Positions 41,401-54,600 of a DNA stretch of 64,000 nucleotides are shown here, in pieces. The stretch lies in contig OZ059898.1 of NCBI GenBank assembly GCA_964057225.1, positions 1,116,001-1,180,000 of the forward strand. Direction: 5' to 3'. A program made the position numbers and the translations under genes. The notes below the pieces were generated by a model. The model had not been told where the DNA came from. It did not search any database and was given only the letters and a program-made list of their open reading frames with translations. This DNA is from Auanema rhodensis. Lineage: Eukaryota > Animalia > Nematoda. Position 1 is the stretch's first letter. Each line of letters begins with the position of its first letter.

Positions 41401-44400
41401 TTGGAAGCAATGTTGAGTGTACATGGAAACTCAACATACACTAATGCATCATTTTTCAAACGATCATAACTAATTTTTGTATTAAGCGTTTCTCAATGTA
41501 ATATAGTGCATTCGATGCTGATTTTTAAGCTGCGTCGACCTGTGTTATCAGATTTGCGCTAGCTTAAAAATGCACCGAGATATCAACTGATATAAGTTCA
41601 CACTTATATCCTCGATTTTCACCCTGAAGAATTAATTTTTTCGTTGAATAACATTGTCCATCGTCTTTGCCTTGAAAAATGGAATCTAAAAACATCTACT
41701 TTTTGCTAAGTTATCTTGAAATTTTTCGAAAAAATTTTTGTCAAAATGTTTTTGGAAGCAATGTTGAGTGTACATGGAAACTCAACATACACTAATGCAT
41801 CATTTTTCAAACGATCATAACTAATTTTTGTATTAAGCGTTTCTCAATGTAATATAGTGCATTCGATGCGGATTTTTAAGCTGCGTCGATCTGTGTTATC
41901 AGATTTGCGCTAGCTTAAAAATGCACCGAGATATCAACTGATATAAGTTCACACTTATATCCTCGATTTTCACCCTGAAGAATTAATTTTTTCGTTGAAT
42001 AACATTGTCCATCGTCTTTGCCTTGAAAAAAGGAATCTAAAAACATCTACTTTTTGCTAAATTATTTTGAAATTTTTCGAAAAAATTTTTGTCAAAATGT
42101 TTTTGGAAGCAATGTTGAGTGTACATGGAAACTCAACATACACTAATGCATCATTTTTCAAACGATCATAACTAATTTTTGTATTAAGCGTTTCTCAATG
42201 TAGTATAGTGCATTCGATGCGGATTTTTAAGTTGCGTCGATCTGTGTTATCAGATTTGCGCTAGCTTAAAAATGCACCGAGATATCAACTGATATAAGTT
42301 CACACTTATATCCTCGATTTTCACCCTGAAGAATTAATTTTTTCGTTGAATAACATTGTCCATCGTCTTTGCCTTGAAAAATGGAATCTAAAAACATCTA
42401 CTTTTTGCTAAATTATCTTGAAATTTTTCGAAAAAATTTTTGTCAAAATGTTTTTGGAAGCAATGTTGAGTGTACATGGAAACTCAACATACACTAATGC
42501 ATCATTTTTCAAACGATCATAACTAATTTTTGTATTAAGCGTTTCTCAATGTAGTATAGTGCATTCGATGCGGATTTTTAAGCTGCGTCGATCTGTGTTA
42601 TCAGATTTGCGCTAGCTTGAAAATGCACCGAGATATCAACTGATATAAGTTCACACTTATATCCTCGATTTTCACCCTGAAGAATTAATTTTTTCGTTGA
42701 ATAACATTGTCCATCGTCTTTGCCTTGAAAAATGGAATCTAAAAACATCTACTTTTTGCTAAATTATCTTGAAATTTTTCGAAAAAATTTTTGTCAAAAT
42801 GTTTTTGGAAGCAATGTTGAGTGTACATGGAAACTCAACATACACTAATGCATCATTTTTCAAACGATCATAACTAATTTTTGTATTAAGCGTTTCTCAA
42901 TGTAATATAGTGCATTCGATGCGGATTTTTAAGCTGCGTCGATCTGTGTTATCAGATTTGCGCTGGCTTAAAAATGCACCGAGATATCAACTGATATAAG
43001 TTCACACTTATATCCTCGATTTTCACCCTGAAGAATTAATTTTTTCGTTGAATAACATTGTCCATCGTCTTTGCCTTGAAAAAAGGAATCTAAAAACATC
43101 TTCTTTTTGCTAAATTATTTTGAAATTTTTCGAAAAAATTTTTGTCAAAATGTTTTTGGAAGCAATGTTGAGTGTACATGGAAACTCAACATACACTAAT
43201 GCATCATTTTTCAAACGATCATAACTAATTTTTGTATTAAGCGTTTCTCAATGTAATATAGTGCATTCGATGCGGATTTTTAAGCTGCGTCGATCTGTGT
43301 TATCAGATTTGCGCTAGCTTAAAAATGCACCGAGATATCAACTGATATAAGTTCACACTTATATCCTCGATTTTCACCCTGAAGAATTAATTTTTTCGTT
43401 GAATAACATTGTCCATCGTCTTTGCCTTAAAAAAAGGAATCTAAAAACATCTACTTTTTGCTAAATTATTTTGAAATTTTTCGAAAAAATTTTTGTCAAA
43501 ATGTTTTTGGAAGCAATGTTGAGTGTACATGGAAACTCAACATACACTAATGCATCATTTTTCAAACGATCATAACTAATTTTTGTATTAAGCGTTTCTC
43601 AATGTAGTATAGTGCATTTGATGCGGATTTTTAAGCTGCGTCGATCTGTGTTATCAGATTTGCGCTAGCTTTAAAATGCACCGAGATATCAACTGATATA
43701 AGTTCACACTTATATCCTCGATTTTCACCCTGAAGAATTAATTTTTTCGTTGAATAACATTGTCCATCGTCTTTGCCTTGAAAAATGGAATCTGAAAACA
43801 TCTACTTTTTGCTAAATTATTTTGAAATTTTTCGAAACAATTTTTGTCAAAATGTTTTTGGAAGCAATGTTGAGTGTACATGGAAACTCAACATACACTA
43901 ATGCATCATTTTTCAAACGATCATAACTAATTTTTGTATTAAGCGTTTCTCAATGTAATATAGTGCATTCGATGCGGATTTTTAAGCTGCGTCGATCTGT
44001 GTTATCAGATTTGCGCTAGCTTAAAAATGCACCGAGATATCAACTGATATAAGTTCACACTTATATCCTCGATTTTCACCCTGAAGAATTAATTTTTTCG
44101 TTGAATAACATTGTCCATCGTCTTTGCCTTGAAAAAAGGAATCTAAAAACATCTACTTTTTGCTAAATTATTTTGAAATTTTTCGAAAAAATTTTTGTCA
44201 AAATGTTTTTGGAAGCAATGTTGAGTGTACATGGAAACTCAACATACACTAATGCATCATTTTTCAAACGATCATAACTAATTTTTGTATTAAGCGTTTC
44301 TCAATGTAATATAGTGCATTCGATGCGGATTTTTAAGCTGCGTCGATCTGTGTTATCAGATTTGCGCTAGCTTAAAAATGCACCGAGATATCAACTGATA

Positions 44401-45630
44401 TAAGTTCACACTTATATCCTCGATTTTCACCCTGAAGAATTAATTTTTTCGTTGAATAACATTGTCCATCGTCTTTGCCTTGAAAAAAGGAATCTAAAAA
44501 CATCTACTTTTTGCTAAATTATTTTGAAATTTTTCGAAAAAATTTTTGTCAAAATGTTTTTGGAAGCAATGTTGAGTGTACATGGAAACTCAACATACAC
44601 TAATGCATCATTTTTCAAACGATCATAACTAATTTTTGTATTAAGCGTTTCTCAATGTAGTATAGTGCATTCGATGCGGATTTTTAAGCTGCGTCGATCT
44701 GTGTTATCAGATTTGCGCTAGCTTTAAAATGCACCGAGATATCAACTGATATAAGTTCACACTTATATCCTCGATTTTCACCCTGAAGAATTAATTTTTT
44801 CGTTGAATAACATTGTCCATCGTCTTTGCCTTGAAAAAAGGAATCTAAAAACATCTACTTTTTGCTAAATTATTTTGAAATTTTTTGAAAAAATTTTTGT
44901 CAAAATGTTTTTGGAAGCAATGTTGAGTGTACATGGAAACTCAACATACACTAATGCATCATTTTTCAAACGATCATAACTAATTTTTGTATTAAGCGTT
45001 TTTCAATGTAATATAGTGCATTCGATGCGGATTTTTAAGCTGCGTCGACCTGTGTTATCAGATTTGCGCTAGCTTAAAAATGCACCGAGATATCAACTGA
45101 TATAAGTTCACACTTATATCCTCGATTTTCACCCTGAAGAATTAATTTTTTCGTTGAATAACATTGTCCATCGTCTTTGCCTTGAAAAATGGAATCTAAA
45201 AACATCTACTTTTTGCTAAATTATCTTGAAATTTTTCGAAAAAATTTTTGTCAAAATGTTTTTGGAAGCAATGTTGAGTGTACATGGAAACTCAACATAC
45301 ACTAATGCATCATTTTTCAAACGATCATAACTAATTTTTGTATTAAGCGTTTCTCAATGTAGTATAGTGCATTCGATGCGGATTTTTAAGCTGCGTCGAT
45401 CTGTGTTATCAGATTTGCGCTAGCTTGAAAATGCACCGAGATATCAACTGATATAAGTTCACACTTATATCCTCGATTTTCACCCTGAAGAATTAATTTT
45501 TTCGTTGAATAACATTGTCCACCGTCTTTGCCTTGAAAAAAGGAATCTAAAAACATCTACTTTTTGCTAAATTATTTTGAAATTTTTCGAAAAAATTTTT
45601 GTCAAAATGTTTTTGGAAGCAATGTTGAGT
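35452..45630. repeat. Variant domain III (monomers 102-130)
   Basis: T309 first appears here (loses BstBI). C121 (creates SalI GTCGAC) and G292 are confined here. Confidence 0.8.
36505..40014. repeat. Apparently exact 5-monomer tandem duplication: monomers 105-109 and 110-114
   Basis: The private pair T232+G257 (GAATTAC...TTGGAAAA) is in monomers 108 and 113. T74/C121/T148/T309 is in 105 and 110; T74/C121/G292 is in 106 and 111. Confidence 0.88.
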
Positions 45631-48600
45631 GTACATGGAAACTCAACATACACTAATGCATCATTTTTCAAACGATCATAACTAATTTTTGTATTAAGCG
45701 TTTCTCAATGTAGTATAGTGCATTCGATGCGGATTTTTAAGCTGCGTCGATCTGTGTTATCAGATTTGCGCTAGCTTAAAAATGCACCGAGATATCAACT
45801 GATATAAGTTCACACTTATGTCCTCGATTTTCACCCTGAAGAACTAATTTTTTCGTTGAATAACATTATCCATCGTCTTTGCCTTGAAAAATGGAATCTA
45901 AAAACATCTACTTTTTGTTAAATTATTTTGAAATTTTTCGAAAAAATTTTTGTCAAAATGTTTTTGGAAGCAATGTTGAGTGTACATGGAAACTCAACAT
46001 ACACTAATGCATCATTTTTCAAACGATCATAACTAATTTTTGTATTAAGCGTTTCTCAATGTAGTATAGTGCATTTGATGCGGATTTTTAAGCTGCGTCG
46101 ATCTGTGTTATCAGATTTGCGCTAGCTTTAAAATGCACCGAGATATCAACTGATATAAGTTCACACTTATATCCTCGATTTTCACCCTGAAGAATTAATT
46201 TTTTCGTTTAATAACATTGTCCATCGTCTTTGCCTTGAGAAAAGGAATCTAAAAACATCTACTTTTTGCTAAATTATTTTGAAATTTTTTGAAAAAATTT
46301 TTGTCAAAATGTTTTTGGAAGCAATGTTGAGTGTACATGGAAACTCAACATACACTAATGCATCATTTTTCAAACGATCATAACTAATTTTTGTATTAAG
46401 CGTTTCTCAATGTAGTATAGTGCATTCGATGCGGATTTTTAAGCTGCGTCGATCTGTGTTATCAGATTTGCGCTAGCTTTAAAATGCACCGAGATATCAA
46501 CTGATATAAGTTCACACTTATATCCTCGATTTTCACCCTGAAGAATTAATTTTTTCGTTGAATAACATTGTCCATCGTCTTTGCCTTGAAAAAAGGAATC
46601 TAAAAACATCTACTTTTTGCTAAATTATTTTCAAATTTTTCGAAAAAATTTTTGTCAAAATGTTTTTGGAAGCAATGTTGAGTGTACATGGAAACTCAAC
46701 ATACACTAATGCATCATTTTTCAAACGATCATAACTAATTTTTGTATTAAGCGTTTCTCAATGTAATATAGTGCATTCGATGCGGATTTTTAAGCTGCGT
46801 CGATCTGTGTTATCAGATTTGCGCTAGCTTTAAAATGCACCGAGATATCAACTGATATAAGTTCACACTTATATCCTCGATTTTCACCCTGAAGAATTAA
46901 TTTTTTCGTTGAATAACATTGTCCATCGTCTTTGCCTTGAGAAAAGGAATCTAAAAACATCTACTTTTTGCTAAATTATTTTGAAATTTTTCGAAAAAAT
47001 TTTTGTCAAAATGTTTTTGGAAGCAATGTTGAGTGTACATGGAAACTCAACATACACTAATGCATCATTTTTCAAACGATCATAACTAATTTTTGTATTA
47101 AGCGTTTCTCAATGTAATATAGTGCATTCGATGCGGATTTTTAAGCTGCGTCGATCTGTGTTATCAGATTTGCGCTAGCTTAAAAATGCACCGAGATATC
47201 AACTGATATAAGTTCACACTTATATCCTCGATTTTCACCCTGAAGAATTAATTTTTTCGTTGAATAACATTGTCCATCGTCTTTGCCTTGAAAAAAGGAA
47301 TCTAAAAACATCTACTTTTTGCTAAATTATTTTGAAATTTTTTGAAAAAATTTTTGTCAAAATGTTTTTGGAAGCAATGTTGAGTGTACATGGAAACTCA
47401 ACATACACTAATGCATCATTTTTCAAACGATCATAACTAATTTTTGTATTAAGCGTTTCTCAATGTAGTATAGTGCATTCGATGCGGATTTTTAAGCTGC
47501 GTCGATCTGTGTTATCAGATTTGCGCTAGCTTTAAAATGCACCGAGATATCAACTGATATAAGTTCACACTTATATCCTCGATTTTCACCCTGAAGAATT
47601 AATTTTTTCGTTGAATAACATTGTCCATCGTCTTTGCCTTGAAAAATGGAATCTAAAAACATCTACTTTTTGCTAAATTATCTTGAAATTTTTCGAAAAA
47701 ATTTTTGTCAAAATGTTTTTGGAAGCAATGTTGAGTGTACATGGAAACTCAACATACACTAATGCATCATTTTTCAAACGATCATAACTAATTTTTGTAT
47801 TAAGCGTTTCTCAATGTAATATAGTGCATTCGATGCGGATTTTTAAGCTGCGTCGATCTGTGTTATCAGATTTGCGCTAGCTTAAAAATGCACCGAGATA
47901 TCAACTGATATAAGTTCACACTTATATCCTCGATTTTCACCCTGAAGAATTAATTTTTTCGTTGAATAACATTGTCCATCGTCTTTGCCTTGAAAAAAGG
48001 AATCTAAAAACATCTACTTTTTGCTAAATTATTTTGAAATTTTTCGAAAAAATTTTTGTCAAAATGTTTTTGGAAGCAATGTTGAGTGTACATGGAAACT
48101 CAACATACACTAATGCATCATTTTTCAAACGATCATAACTAATTTTTGTATTAAGCGTTTCTCAATGTAGTATAGTGCATTCGATGCGGATTTTTAAGCT
48201 GCGTCGATCTGTGTTATCAGATTTGCGCTAGCTTTAAAATGCACCGAGATATCAACTGGTATAAGTTCACACTTATATCCTCGATTTTCACCCTGAAGAA
48301 TTAATTTTTTCGTTGAATAACATTGTCCATCGTCTTTGCCTTGAAAAAAGGAATCTAAAAACATCTACTTTTTGCTAAATTATTTTCAAATTTTTCGAAA
48401 AAATTTTTGTCAAAATGTTTTTGGAAGCAATGTTGAGTGTACATGGAAACTCAACATACACTAATGCATCATTTTTCAAACGATCATAACTAATTTTTGT
48501 ATTAAGCGTTTCTCAATGTAATATAGTGCATTCGATGCGGATTTTTAAGCTGCGTCGATCTGTGTTATCAGATTTGCGCTAGCTTAAAAATGCACCGAGA

Positions 48601-51600
48601 TATCAACTGATATAAGTTCACACTTATATCCTCGATTTTCACCCTGAAGAATTAATTTTTTCGTTGAATAACATTGTCCATCGTCTTTGCCTTGAAAAAA
48701 GGAATCTAAAAACATCTACTTTTTGCTAAATTATTTTGAAATTTTTCGAAAAAATTTTTGTCAAAATGTTTTTGGAAGCAATGTTGAGTGTACATGGAAA
48801 CTCAACATACACTAATGCATCATTTTTCAAACGATCATAACTAATTTTTGTATTAAGCGTTTCTCAATGTAGTATAGTGCATTCGATGCGGATTTTTAAG
48901 CTGCGTCGATCTGTGTTATCAGATTTGCGCTAGCTTAAAAATGCACCGAGATATCAACTGATATAAGTTCACACTTATGTCCTCGATTTTCACCCTGAAG
49001 AATTAATTTTTTCGTTGAATAACATTATCCATCGTCTTTGCCTTGAAAAATGGAATCTAAAAACATCTACTTTTTGCTAAATTATTTTGAAATTTTTCGA
49101 AAAAATTTTTGTCAAAATGTTTTTGGAAGCAATGTTGAGTGTACATGGAAACTCAACATACACTAATGCATCATTTTTCAAACGATCATAACTAATTTTT
49201 GTATTAAGCGTTTCTCAATGTAGTATAGTGCATTCGATGCGGATTTTTAAGCTGCGTCGATCTGTGTTATCAGATTTGCGCTAGCTTTAAAATGCACCGA
49301 GATATCAACTGGTATAAGTTCACACTTATATCCTCGATTTTCACCCTGAAGAATTAATTTTTTCGTTGAATAACATTGTCCATCGTCTTTGCCTTGAAAA
49401 AAGGAATCTAAAAACATCTACTTTTTGCTAAATTATTTTCAAATTTTTCGAAAAAATTTTTGTCAAAATGTTTTTGGAAGCAATGTTGAGTGTACATGGA
49501 AACTCAACATACACTAATGCATCATTTTTCAAACGATCATAACTAATTTTTGTATTAAGCGTTTCTCAATGTAATATAGTGCATTCGATGCGGATTTTTA
49601 AGCTGCGTCGATCTGTGTTATCAGATTTGCGCTAGCTTAAAAATGCACCGAGATATCAACTGATATAAGTTCACACTTATATCCTCGATTTTCACCCTGA
49701 AGAATTAATTTTTTCGTTGAATAACATTGTCCATCGTCTTTGCCTTGAAAAAAGGAATCTAAAAACATCTACTTTTTGCTAAATTATTTTGAAATTTTTC
49801 GAAAAAATTTTTGTCAAAATGTTTTTGGAAGCAATGTTGAGTGTACATGGAAACTCAACATACACTAATGCATCATTTTTCAAACGATCATAACTAATTT
49901 TTGTATTAAGCGTTTCTCAATGTAGTATAGTGCATTCGATGCGGATTTTTAAGCTGCGTCGATCTGTGTTATCAGATTTGCGCTAGCTTAAAAATGCACC
50001 GAGATATCAACTGATATAAGTTCACACTTATGTCCTCGATTTTCACCCTGAAGAATTAATTTTTTCGTTGAATAACATTATCCATCGTCTTTGCCTTGAA
50101 AAATGGAATCTAAAAACATCTACTTTTTGCTAAATTATTTTGAAATTTTTCGAAAAAATTTTTGTCAAAATGTTTTTGGAAGCAATGTTGAGTGTACATG
50201 GAAACTCAACATACACTAATGCATCATTTTTCGAACGATCATAACTAATTTTTGTATTAAGCGTTTCTCAATGTAGTATAGTGCATTTGATGCGGATTTT
50301 TAAGCTGCGTCGATCTGTGTTATCAGATTTGCGCTAGCTTTAAAATGCACCGAGATATCAACTGATATAAGTTCACACTTATATCCTCGATTTTCACCCT
50401 GAAGAATTAATTTTTTCGTTGAATAACATTGTCCATCGTCTTTGCCTTGAAAAATGGAATCTAAAAACATCTACTTTTTGCTAAATTATCTTGAAATTTT
50501 TCGAAAAAAGTTTTGTCAAAATGTTTTTGGAAGCAATGTTGAGTGTACATGGAAACTCAACATACACTAATGCATCATTTTTCAAACGATCATAACTAAT
50601 TTTTGTATTAAGCGTTTCTCAATGTAATATAGTGCATTCGATGCGGATTTTTAAGCTGCGTCGATCTGTGTTATCAGATTTGCGCTAGCTTAAAAATGCA
50701 CCGAGATATCAACTGATATAAGTTCACACTTATATCCTCGATTTTCACCCTGAAGAATTAATTTTTTCGTTGAATAACATTGTCCATCGTCTTTGCCTTG
50801 AAAAAAGGAATCTAAAAACATCTACTTTTTGCTAAATTATTTTGAAATTTTTCGAAAAAATTTTTGTCAAAATGTTTTTGGAAGCAATGTTGAGTGTACA
50901 TGGAAACTCAACATACACTAATGCATCATTTTTCAAACGATCATAACTAATTTTTGTATTAAGCGTTTCTCAATGTAATATAGTGCATTCGATGCGGATT
51001 TTTAAGCTGCGTCGATCTGTGTTATCAGATTTGCGCTAGCTTAAAAATGCACCGAGATATCAACTGATATAAGTTCACACTTATATCCTCGATTTTCACC
51101 CTGAAGAATTAATTTTTTCGTTGAATAACATTGTCCATCGTCTTTGCCTTGAAAAAAGGAATCTAAAAACATCTACTTTTTGCTAAATTATTTTGAAATT
51201 TTTCGAAAAAATTTTTGTCAAAATGTTTTTGGAAGCAATGTTGAGTGTACATGGAAACTCAACATACACTAATGCATCATTTTTCAAACGATCATAACTA
51301 ATTTTTGTATTAAGCGTTTCTCAATGTAGTATAGTGCATTTGATGCGGATTTTTAAGCTGCGTCGATCTGTGTTATCAGATTTGCGCTAGCTTAAAAATG
51401 CACCGAGATATCAACTGATATAAGTTCACACTTATATCCTCGATTTTCACCCTGAAGAATTAATTTTTTCGTTGAATAACATTGTCTATCGTCTTTGCCT
51501 TGAAAAATGGAATCTAAAAACATCTACTTTTTGCTAAATTATTTTGAAATTTTTCGAAAAAATTTTTGTCAAAATGTTTTTGGAAGCAATGTTGAGTGTA

Positions 51601-54600
51601 CATGGAAACTCAACATACACTAATGCATCATTTTTCAAACGATCATAACTAATTTTTGTATCAAGCGTTTCTCAATGTAGTATAGTGCATTCGATGCGGA
51701 TTTTTAAGCTGCGTCGATCTGTGTTATCAGATTTGCGCTAGCTTAAAAATGCACCGAGATATCAACTGATATAAGTTCACACTTATATCCTCGATTTTCA
51801 CCCTGAAGAATTAATTTTTTCGTTGAATAACATTGTCCATCGTCTTTGCCTTGAAAAAAGGAATCTAAAAACATCTACTTTTTGCTAAATTATTTTCAAA
51901 TTTTTCGAAAAAATTTTTGTCAAAATGTTTTTGGAAGCAATGTTGAGTGTACATGGAAACTCAACATACACTAATGCATCATTTTTCAAACGATCATAAC
52001 TAATTTTTGTATTAAGCGTTTCTCAATGTAATATAGTGCATTCGATGCGGATTTTTAAGCTGCGTCGATCTGTGTTATCAGATTTGCGCTAGCTTAAAAA
52101 TGCACCGAGATATCAACTGATATAAGTTCACACTTATATCCTCGATTTTCACCCTGAAGAATTAATTTTTTCGTTGAATAACATTGTCCATCGTCTTTGC
52201 CTTGAAAAAAGGAATCTAAAAACATCTACTTTTTGCTAAATTATTTTGAAATTTTTCGAAAAAATTTTTGTCAAAATGTTTTTGGAAGCAATGTTGAGTG
52301 TACATGGAAACTCAACATACACTAATGCATCATTTTTCAAACGATCATAACTAATTTTTGTATTAAGCGTTTCTCAATGTAGTATAGTGCATTCGATGCG
52401 GATTTTTGAGCTGCGTCTATCTGTGTTATCAGATTTGCGCTAGCTTAAAAATGCACCGAGATATCAACTGATATAAGTTCACACTTATGTCCTCGATTTT
52501 CACCCTGAAGAATTAATTTTTTCGTTGAATAACATTATCCATCGTCTTTGCCTTGAAAAATGGAATCTAAAAACATCTACTTTTTGCTAAATTATTTTGA
52601 AATTTTTCGAAAAAATTTTTGTCAAAATGTTTTTGGAAGCAATGTTGAGTGTACATGGAAACTCAACATACACTAATGCATCATTTTTCAAACGATCATA
52701 ACTAATTTTTGTATTAAGCGTTTCTCAATGTAGTATAGTGCATTTGATGCGGATTTTTAAGCTGCGTCGATCTGTGTTATCAGATTTGCGCTAGCTTTAA
52801 AATGCACCGAGATATCAACTGATATAAGTTCACACTTATATCCTCGATTTTCACCCTGAAGAATTAATTTTTTCGTTGAATAACATTGTCCATCGTCTTT
52901 GCCTTGAGAAAAGGAATCTAAAAACATCTACTTTTTGCTAAATTATTTTGAAATTTTTTGAAAAAATTTTTGTCAAAATGTTTTTGGAAGCAATGTTGAG
53001 TGTACATGGAAACTCAACATACACTAATGCATCATTTTTCAAACGATCATAACTAATTTTTGTATTAAGCGTTTCTCAATGTAGTATAGTGCATTCGATG
53101 CGGATTTTTAAGCTGCGTCGATCTGTGTTATCAGATTTGCGCTAGCTTTAAAATGCACCGAGATATCAACTGATATAAGTTCACACTTATATCCTCGATT
53201 TTCACCCTGAAGAATTAATTTTTTCGTTGAATAACATTGTCCATCGTCTTTGCCTTGAAAAAAGGAATCTAAAAACATCTACTTTTTGCTAAATTATTTT
53301 GAAATTTTTCGAAAAAATTTTTGTCAAAATGTTTTTGGAAGCAATGTTGAGTGTACATGGAAACTCAACATACACTAATGCATCATTTTTCAAACGATCA
53401 TAACTAATTTTTGTATTAAGCGTTTCTCAATGTAGTATAGTGCATTCGATGCGGATTTTTAAGCTGCGTCGATCTGTGTTATCAGATTTGCGCTAGCTTA
53501 AAAATGCACCGAGATATCAACTGATATAAGTTCACACTTATGTCCTCGATTTTCACCCTGAAGAATTAATTTTTTCGTTGAATAACATTATCCATCGTCT
53601 TTGCCTTGAAAAATGGAATCTAAAAACATCTACTTTTTGCTAAATTATTTTGAAATTTTTCGAAAAAATTTTTGTCAAAATGTTTTTGGAAGCAATGTTG
53701 AGTGTACATGGAAACTCAACATACACTAATGCATCATTTTTCAAACGATCATAACTAATTTTTGTATTAAGCGTTTCTCAATGTAGTATAGTGCATTTGA
53801 TGCGGATTTTTAAGCTGCGTCGATCTGTGTTATCAGATTTGCGCTAGCTTTAAAATGCACCGAGATATCAACTGATATAAGTTCACACTTATATCCTCGA
53901 TTTTCACCCTGAAGAATTAATTTTTTCGTTGAATAACATTGTCCATCGTCTTTGCCTTGAGAAAAGGAATCTAAAAACATCTACTTTTTGCTAAATTATT
54001 TTGAAATTTTTTGAAAAAATTTTTGTCAAAATGTTTTTGGAAGCAATGTTGAGTGTACATGGAAACTCAACATACACTAATGCATCATTTTTCAAACGAT
54101 CATAACTAATTTTTGTATTAAGCGTTTCTCAATGTAGTATAGTGCATTCGATGCGGATTTTTAAGCTGCGTCGATCTGTGTTATCAGATTTGCGCTAGCT
54201 TTAAAATGCACCGAGATATCAACTGATATAAGTTCACACTTATATCCTCGATTTTCACCCTGAAGAATTAATTTTTTCGTTGAATAACATTGTCCATCGT
54301 CTTTGCCTTGAAAAAAGGAATCTAAAAACATCTACTTTTTGCTAAATTATTTTGAAATTTTTCGAAAAAATTTTTGTCAAAATGTTTTTGGAAGCAATGT
54401 TGAGTGTACATGGAAACTCAACATACACTAATGCATCATTTTTCAAACGATCATAACTAATTTTTGTATTAAGCGTTTCTCAATGTAGTATAGTGCATTC
54501 GATGCGGATTTTTAAGCTGCGTCGATCTGTGTTATCAGATTTGCGCTAGCTTAAAAATGCACCGAGATATCAACTGATATAAGTTCACACTTATGTCCTC

